64,000 nt of DNA. Origin: Reclinomonas americana ATCC 50394 (taxonomy: Eukaryota). This document shows, piece after piece, positions 57,135-64,000 of the stretch. Below the pieces are notes generated by a model. That model was not told where the DNA came from and did not search any database. It saw only the letters and a list, made by a program, of their open reading frames with translations. The stretch covers positions 12,054-76,053 of the forward strand of contig PS015034.1 of the NCBI GenBank assembly GCA_048213135.1. Direction: 5' to 3'. The first letter of the stretch is position 1. Every line of letters starts with the position of its first letter. A program made the translations under genes and the position numbers.

Positions 57135-60100
57135 TCACAACGCCGGCCACTGCATGTCGAAGATGCTGTGCGCCTCGGAGAGTGTGTGCCCGGAGCGCGT
57201 GGTGGTGTCGTCCGGGTCTTCCATATCGAATGCCAGCGGGCCGTTGGCCGCTGCCGCCGCCGCCGTCGATGCGGTGCTGCTGTTGGCAGTGGCGGTGATG
57301 CTGTTTCGTGCGCGAATCAACGAGATCTCAGCGAGGGCGTTGATGGCCGACTGTCGACCTGTGCTGCGACGTTGCAACTGGAGCAGGCGAGTCAGTCAAC
57401 AAAAACCACAAAGAAACCCACTGCATCAACACGTCGCCTCACCAGTGCCTGGCACTCCGACGACAGGTGATCGTGCGAGACAGACCGCCAGATTGCAGGG
57501 TTGCGTGATGGTGGCGCAAAGCCGGTGCGTTTCGGTGACACTGTGCGACGGGTGCCAGTCAGTGACAAAGCAAGCAAGCAACACATGCGGCAAGAGAATT
57601 CACTCAACTAATGTCGCCGTACTCGGCGCGGTCCGCCTTGTCGGCAACCGCCGCGGCCTCTTGCATGGTCGGGAAAAACGATTGTGTGTGCTGTGGATGA
57701 AAAAAATGAGTAACACCGACAGAAGGAGGGGAACACAAACATGTGTGTGAACATTACCTGCAAGAGGGATGTGGAGCGTATTCTGGTGTTCGCCGTCCAG
57801 CTCGTGTTGGAAATGGTTCGCGAGGCCAAGCTGGAGCGTACACGAGCTGCACACACATTCAGTTCTTGTGCTCCATGGTCTGAATCCCCAACCAAATAAC
57901 ATGCACGCACATTGGGTCGACAGCTTCATCTCCTCGAACGAGGGCCCGAATGCCGCCGGCCAGTTGCCCTCAAAGGCCGCCAGCAGGACGTCACTCTTCG
58001 ACAGGTACATCATGAGATGGTCGGGCTTGATCGGCTGATCCACAGGCTCGCAGCTGCAACGACACGTCGGTATAAACACACTCGCGCAAAACACGAATAG
58101 CACAAACTCACGTTGGATTCGCTGGCGGCGGGGTCGTAACCACAAAGGCGGACGACGTCAGAGTCACGCCCGGCGGCACTTGGTCACCAGCCACGCGGCG
58201 GTTGAGAATCTACACAGGCCGTCAGCAAAACACGCACACCCCCCACACCCTTGCCAGTTCCTACCTCAAGCAGCGACTCCTCCATCTCATTCACGCCAAA
58301 GAAGCGAGAGAGCAGCAGCAGGAAAGCGAGAGCCACGGCTTGCACGTATCCAGCGCGCACCACGCCCTCAACAGGAGACACGTCCTGCACCGCAATTTCA
58401 GCGACCGACACTCACAAGAGCGAGGTTTGATAAAAAAACACACCAGCAGCTCGCTGATCACCGGGAACACGTAGGGCAGCGCACGGGCACCGAGGTTGAG
58501 GAGGAGCAAGCGCATCATGTGATACAGCGACACATAGTTGGCCGGCAAGTTGTCTGCCACCAGCAGCGAGTCATGAATGCCAATGAACAGTTGCATCAGT
58601 TGCTGTGAAAGAAAATGCGTGTCAGTTCAGCCCGAAAGCACCAACGACAGCGAAGCACGACGTCACCTCGTGCGACAGTGTTTCGTGGAACTTGACTGCA
58701 CCACCACGCTTGAGCGGCTGCGTCTCGTGCGGCGGCGATTGCCTGTTGCCACGCAAAAAGTCAGCTCAGGCATCACGAAGTGGGTGGGCACACATACATT
58801 CACGCAACAAGTCTGGCATGTACAGCATCTCGTCAAAGTCACGGTTGCCGGCGAGCAATGTCAGGAAGCAGCGTTGGGCCAGCAGGCGGCATTCTGCGCG
58901 ACACGGAAGCGCAGATGAGTGCAAGCGCAAACACATGAGGGTGGAGAGAGAAAAGTGGCTCACCAGGTGACTCCTGCACCGTGAGGTGCAGCAAGCGGGC
59001 CAAGATGCTGTCGGGGAAGTGCTTGCCCGGCGGCAGAATGAGATTCATGCGGGTCACCGTCAGCACGGTCTCCAGCGCATGCTCTCGCGACTCGAGTCCA
59101 AACTGGGGCTGCTCAACGCGCATCAACAGCATCATGAGGGCGTTGCGACAAGTGCAATACACATTTTCGTGTGAACGCAACATCATAAATGGCCAGCGCC
59201 TTGCCAATGAACTCAATGTTCAGTGGAGATCGGCGGCACATGTTGACCATGGTGGCTGCAGGTGTGCGGGTTGAGTGCAAGCCATCAGCGGCCGACGCAA
59301 ACAAGGGGGAATGCGAAACTCAAAATCTCCACCAGCAGCGCGAGACACTCATCCGAAAGTGAGGTCCTGCCGTCGCGGTCCACATGCTGCATCATCACCA
59401 AGGTTCAGTCCACGTCACTCTCTCACATCGTCCTCTTCGCACAAACTACACACACCGTGTACAGCAGCTTGTAGTACGGCACCAAGCAGGCCGTGGTGTC
59501 GAACGCGTAGTTGATGTTGTCGCCCTTGGTCAAGCTCAACATGTACAGCAGCACGCCCAAAATCTCTCTCTGCGCACGATTATCGAAAGTGAGCACAGCG
59601 GGTCCAGAGCGGTGCGTCGAGGTAGAAATAGGAAATGCGCACCAGTTTGCCCAGCGGGAGGGTGGCATTGTAGTGCTTGAGCATCTCGTTGACGGCCGAG
59701 AACGCCTTGCGGAACTTGTAGCTGTCCATTGCCTGCGGCCCGAGCCACCAGATGCGAGCGTGCAGCGGGAGTGAGCTTTCACGAGTCAATCGCCGCCCAG
59801 CATCGGTAGCCTCTCCACCCGGCGCTGCGCGATTCACTGCGCAGAATGAGAATGTTGGCGAATTCGCAAACAAGAAATCACTCGTCCGTACCAGCGCCAA
59901 CACCACTTCCCGAGGCCGCATCACCGTCGCCACCGGCGTGCACAACAAGTGGCACATCGGCGTCGGGGGCAGAGTCGGCGGCCATGTCAAGGTGCACATG
60001 GTCGGGGTCAACACCAGACGACGGCAGCGTGCGCGGTTCCTCCGCATCGGCAGCGTCGTCGGGGAAAGAACCGGGTTCATGCTGCTGGAGACGGTGAATC

Positions 60101-63008
60101 ACGAGATGGGACGAACAAGGGGAGAAAGGAAGAAGAATGACGCACTCCTGCGTACGGCGTGGTGGACAACTCGGTAAGGAAGCGAGAGAACGACCGCGCC
60201 CGCGGCGGTGGCGATGACGCCTGACTGCCACTGGCTCCACCCTCGGCGGCCGTCAGCGGCTCCAAGTCCATGCTCGGCGGTCGCTGCGCGAGTGGAAACA
60301 TGCGACGCGACGCCTCGAGCGGCTCCAGCGGACTGAAGCACATGTTTGTGAGCGAGTAAATCGTCACGGAAGGAGATGAAGAGAGTGACGCAACACTGAT
60401 CTCGATTCAATGGTCGAACGAGCCGTCGTATCGAGACGCACCTCGCGCCGCGTGGTTCCGTTCGACGCAGTGGCGGCCACTGTAGCGCCTCCGTCACGCT
60501 TACCCGTGGGAGCAGCCGTGTCGCGAGTGCGTCGTGAGCGCCGCGTACTGTTGCCTCGCGATGGCGACGAGTCCGCTGCACCCTCGTGACCGTCGCGTGC
60601 CTTGCCGCTGCGACGGCGAGATGTGGTGCGACCGAGTGCCTGTGGGAGCTCCACTCGTTTAGCCATATGACGGTCAATAAAGACAGACATGGTGCGCACG
60701 CAACCGCAGTCTGCGCCGAGGGAGGCGGTGGCACCACGGCCGACGGGTTGGTGACACGGAGCAGTCGACCCTTGACGTAGGCGGCCACACTGCGCGACGA
60801 TCCGTACAGCGCCATGCGGAAGCACTCGCGGACAAAGGTCTTGCGGTGCCACAAATCGGCGTCGTCAATAAACCTGGTGACGAGAAGTCTCGGTTTCAGC
60901 GGGGGGTGCGTGTGAGTGGGAACCGACGGCGTGCGCAACTCCATAATGGCGTTCAACGACGAGGTCAGAATGCGTCGCGTGTGCTCAACGCTGATGCACC
61001 AGAACAGGCACTCTTCGGCGGCCTGGAGCACCATGAGCGTCTCGGCGGGCGTCGACTCCAGATCGTCAAGACTGTGCGCACAGGAGTTAGCAGGGAAGGC
61101 GAAGCAGCATGGGGTACGAGGAGGACTGTAGAACCTATCGGGCAGCGTGTCAGCCAAGGAACGCAGCGCCACTCGAATCACATCCTGTCGGCGAGCCGCC
61201 GACTGGCCGCCCAAGAAGTGCACAATGCGACCCATGCTATTCAGCAAGCTGACACGCAGACTGGCGAGCACAGATATCGCAAGTGAGGAGGCGAAGGGAT
61301 GCATCTGCCGTCAACATTATTCGTCATACACGCAACTCGATGGAGCGGCTGACAGTGGGATCGACTTGTGCCAGCAGCAGAGTGAGCACATTGAGGAGAG
61401 GCTGCATGAGAATGTTAATGTCGCCGGAGAAAGGGTTGCCGGAGCGTGTCAGCTGGTCCAACTGGAGGACAGGGGAGTGAGATTCAGACTCACGCGTAAA
61501 AGAGTGTGCTCCTTGACCAACCATCTCCACAGTCAGCTGCCGGTACACCACCACCGGGTGCTCCAACAGAGCCGTGGCCGACGTCAAGTAGTCCGACAGC
61601 AGGTACCACGACTCGCGAGGCATGGCGTGAAAGAGTGCCATATACACGCCCATGCCGACCACCACGCGCGGCTCGCGTGTGCGCTGCATGTCGCGAATGA
61701 CTCGTTTCCGCAGCGAGCGGGCAATGGAGCGGAGGCGATCGGGATTCGTTTGCAGGTACGTCAGCATCTTGTTGGTGGTGCGCTCGTCAACTTGCAAGCA
61801 GTGGGCGTATTCTGCGGGAATGGGGGAAGAAGGGAGGGAGAGTGACGGAGGGAAAGGGAGAGGAAAAGTGAGCGAATGGCGGCACAGAGGCGGACTGCAT
61901 GTGATGAAGAACAGGAGATAATGCAGCGCTTCTCACTTGCTGTGTGTCTTCTCAAGAGGGATCGCTACCTACTGCAAATCACAGGGCGCATGGCGCAACG
62001 CTCCTCTGCTCTCTGAATGCACCCTGGTGGAAACATGCAATGCACTTGTCTTCTTAAGAAGGATCGCTTCTTTCTCGCTCACTGCATGCCTAAGCACTTG
62101 CGTGTCTTCACTATCGTGCACTTATCATCGTCTCACCACTCACGCACAGTACGCACAGTGCCCTTCTCCACTCACAAAGCACCACATGGTGAGCAACCCA
62201 ACTTGCAATGCACTTGTCTTCCCAATCGCTTCTCACTGCATTGCGTTTCTTCACTATCGTGCACTTGTCGTCTCACCACTCACAGTGCCCTTCTCCACTC
62301 ACAATGCACCACATGGTGAGCAACCCAACTTGCAATACACTTGTTTCTCAAGAAGGATCGATAACTTTCTCGCTCACTCCACGCCTTGAGCACTTGTGAT
62401 TCTTCGCTCCTAACACCCACTAACCCAACATGCAATGCACTTGTCGTCTCTTCTCCACTCACAACCAACTTGCAATGCACATGACTTCCCAATCACTCTC
62501 GCGTTTTCTTCTCTCCAAACCCAACTCGCACTGCACAGTCTTCCCACTATCTTGCACTTCTCCTCTCGCCACACAAAACGCAAGACAACTCACGAGAATT
62601 GCTCAGCGTCCACGGATCCGCCGCCCCCGGCTCCACCGACACCGGATTCAATGCCTGAATCACACTCATCGCCTGCGCTTTCGGCACCGATGCGCGATAC
62701 ACATCCTCCAACAGCCGTTTGTGTCGCCGAACAGGCCGACAACAGCTAACAAAGAATGAGAGAGAGAGAGAGAGTGAGCTGGACATGTCGCTTTCCGCGC
62801 GCGCTCTTCATCGTCTCTTTGTGATGCGCTCGTGTGCATGGAGAGAGAGAGAGAGAGAGAGAGAGACTCACACGCGCACACACACAATGCACGACAACTT
62901 CGCGACACGTTGCAATGCATGAATAGCTTTCGTTCGGGTTGCCACACACACACACACACGCACACACACGTCTCACACACACACACAAGGCACGCACCTG
63001 TTCCCCAT
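57135..63008 (-). CDS. EFR3: EFR3-family armadillo-like membrane scaffold protein
   Basis: MGNS-CCRPVRRHKRLLEDVY, NKMLTYLQTNPDRLRSIARSLRKRVIRD and FPDSILARLL...ECRLLAQRCFLTLL resemble the EFR3 N-terminal Cys cluster, the RYKRLV and KLTFYA..P.KL motifs and the plant FPEALFHQLL motif. Stop TGA at 57135; many introns. Confidence 0.75.
62030..62480. repeat. Imperfect tandem repeat (core TGCAATGCACTTGTC) in an EFR3 intron
   Basis: CACATGGTGAGCAACCCAACTTGCAAT occurs at about 62183 and 62310; CTTCACTATCGTGCACTT at about 62106 and 62249; AAGAAGGATCG..TTTCTCGCTCACT at about 62056 and 62350. Confidence 0.8.
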
Positions 63009-63086
63009 TCCCTGCACCAGCGATTCCTATCAGCAACAGAGGGACACAACCCGCGCAGGACCTGCTCTGCATCTCTTTTTCTCAGA

Positions 63087-63489
63087 ATGAGTTCGCGAAG
63101 TCGTGTGTTGACGCTCTACCGCGGCATTCTTCGCGTTTCGTTGCCACCTTCATTTACTACGGTGTCGCCTATATGCATGGAGGGGGAAGAGGCTCACTGT
63201 GAATGGCGCAGGAGGCACGTGGAATGCCGACGGAGAATCGACGGGCGTTTGTGGTGGCCAAGGCGCGACGAGAGTTCCGCGCAGCACAGCGAGAGACGTG
63301 CCCGCGCAGTGCGTTTGTGTGTATGTATGTGTGTGTGTGGTCGTGCATCAGCTGATTGCATGATTGTCAGAGATCGAGGAGTGCATTCGCTTGGCAGAGA
63401 CGCAGCTGGAGACGGTGCAGGTGCAGGCGAAGCACTTGACGACGACGTTTGCAGCGTTTCCGCACTTGAATGGTGTTCCGAGGAGATAA
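63087..63489 (+). CDS. LYR-motif (Complex1_LYR family) mitochondrial protein
   Basis: Three exons: MSSRSRVLTLYRGILR / EARGMPTENRRAFVVAKARREFRAAQRETCPR / KIEECIRLAETQL...RR-TAA. LYR and EFR motifs are present. Confidence 0.8.
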
Positions 63490-63504
63490 AAAAACGAACG
63501 GGTT

Positions 63505-64000
63505 TTATAAGCAGCAGCGAGTCACGACAACTTGCGCCTCTTCGACGATGAAGCAGCGTAGTACGGTCTCCACCAGGCAGCGCTGTTCGTCAACCGACTG
63601 CATCTCCTGTGTGGCGAGCGTGGCGAGTCGTGCGCAGTGCAGTTCGTGGCGGGCGAGGGCGAGCGGTGAGGACCACACGCGTACGGAGCTGTCGTAGCTG
63701 CCGCTGACGATGCGGTGCGCGTCGTGAGTGATGGCGAGCGACGACACGCGCGACGTGTGCCCCTCGAACCGCCGCACCTCTTCTCCCGTCGCCAGCGACC
63801 ACAGCCGCACCGTATCGTCCAGGCTGCCGCTGACCGCGAACTGGCCACTGGCGCAGACGGCGACACACGTCACCTTGTGAGTGTGTCCCTCCAGTCGTTG
63901 CACCTCCTCGCCACTTGCCAGCGACAGAACGCGCACCACTGTGGTCTCCCCTCCAGTCACCACGTGCAGGTCATCGGGGGTGATGGCCACAGCAAACACT
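63505..64000 (-). CDS. WD40-repeat protein, paralogue of 51368-52465 (5' part outside window)
   Basis: GHTHKVTCVAV...SGSLDDTVRLW and GHTSRVSSLAI...SGSYDSSVRVW, with tail LARHELHCARLATLATQEMQ...RCLVETVLRCFIVEEAQVVVTRC. Stop TAA at 63505. Confidence 0.88.
   Translation of the reverse strand, partial: VFAVAITPDDLHVVTGGETTVVRVLSLASGEEVQRLEGHTHKVTCVAVCASGQFAVSGSLDDTVRLWSLATGEEVRRFEGHTSRVSSLAITHDAHRIVSGSYDSSVRVWSSPLALARHELHCARLATLATQEMQSVDEQRCLVETVLRCFIVEEAQVVVTRCCL

Noticed and set aside
62030-62480. CRISPR-like array
   Set aside because: The repeats are irregular, the intervening sequences are themselves duplicated, the context is a eukaryotic intron and no cas genes are present.

Overview
GC-rich, very intron-dense eukaryotic (protist-like) draft scaffold with many N gaps and CT/GT microsatellites. 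The ORF track is misleading here, so genes were rebuilt by hand from GT-AG introns, mostly about 50-90 nt. About 13 tightly packed genes are supported. The first ~27.5 kb (+) is one giant gene, begun upstream of the window, with about 40 tandem non-cleavable ubiquitin-like (UBL) domains joined to a VWA5A-type VIT-vWA module with an intact MIDAS. Next come a soluble-adenylyl-cyclase(ADCY10)-like gene with degenerate cyclase and P-loop motifs, a tail-anchored coiled-coil protein, a TruA/PUS1 pseudouridine synthase, a secreted CE2 SGNH esterase and a hypothetical protein. These are followed by SPO11/Top6A, a secreted PHB-depolymerase homologue lacking its nucleophile, two intronless WD40 paralogues sharing a C-terminal tail, a proline-rich protein, an EFR3 homologue and a LYR-motif protein. 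Across the window, a large share of 5' splice sites are a one-base-shifted consensus (GTTGCGT/GTTGAGT) rather than GTGCGT/GTGAGT. At least five small gap-flanked contigs appear mis-oriented by scaffolding. All calls come from manual motif recognition; no searches were run.
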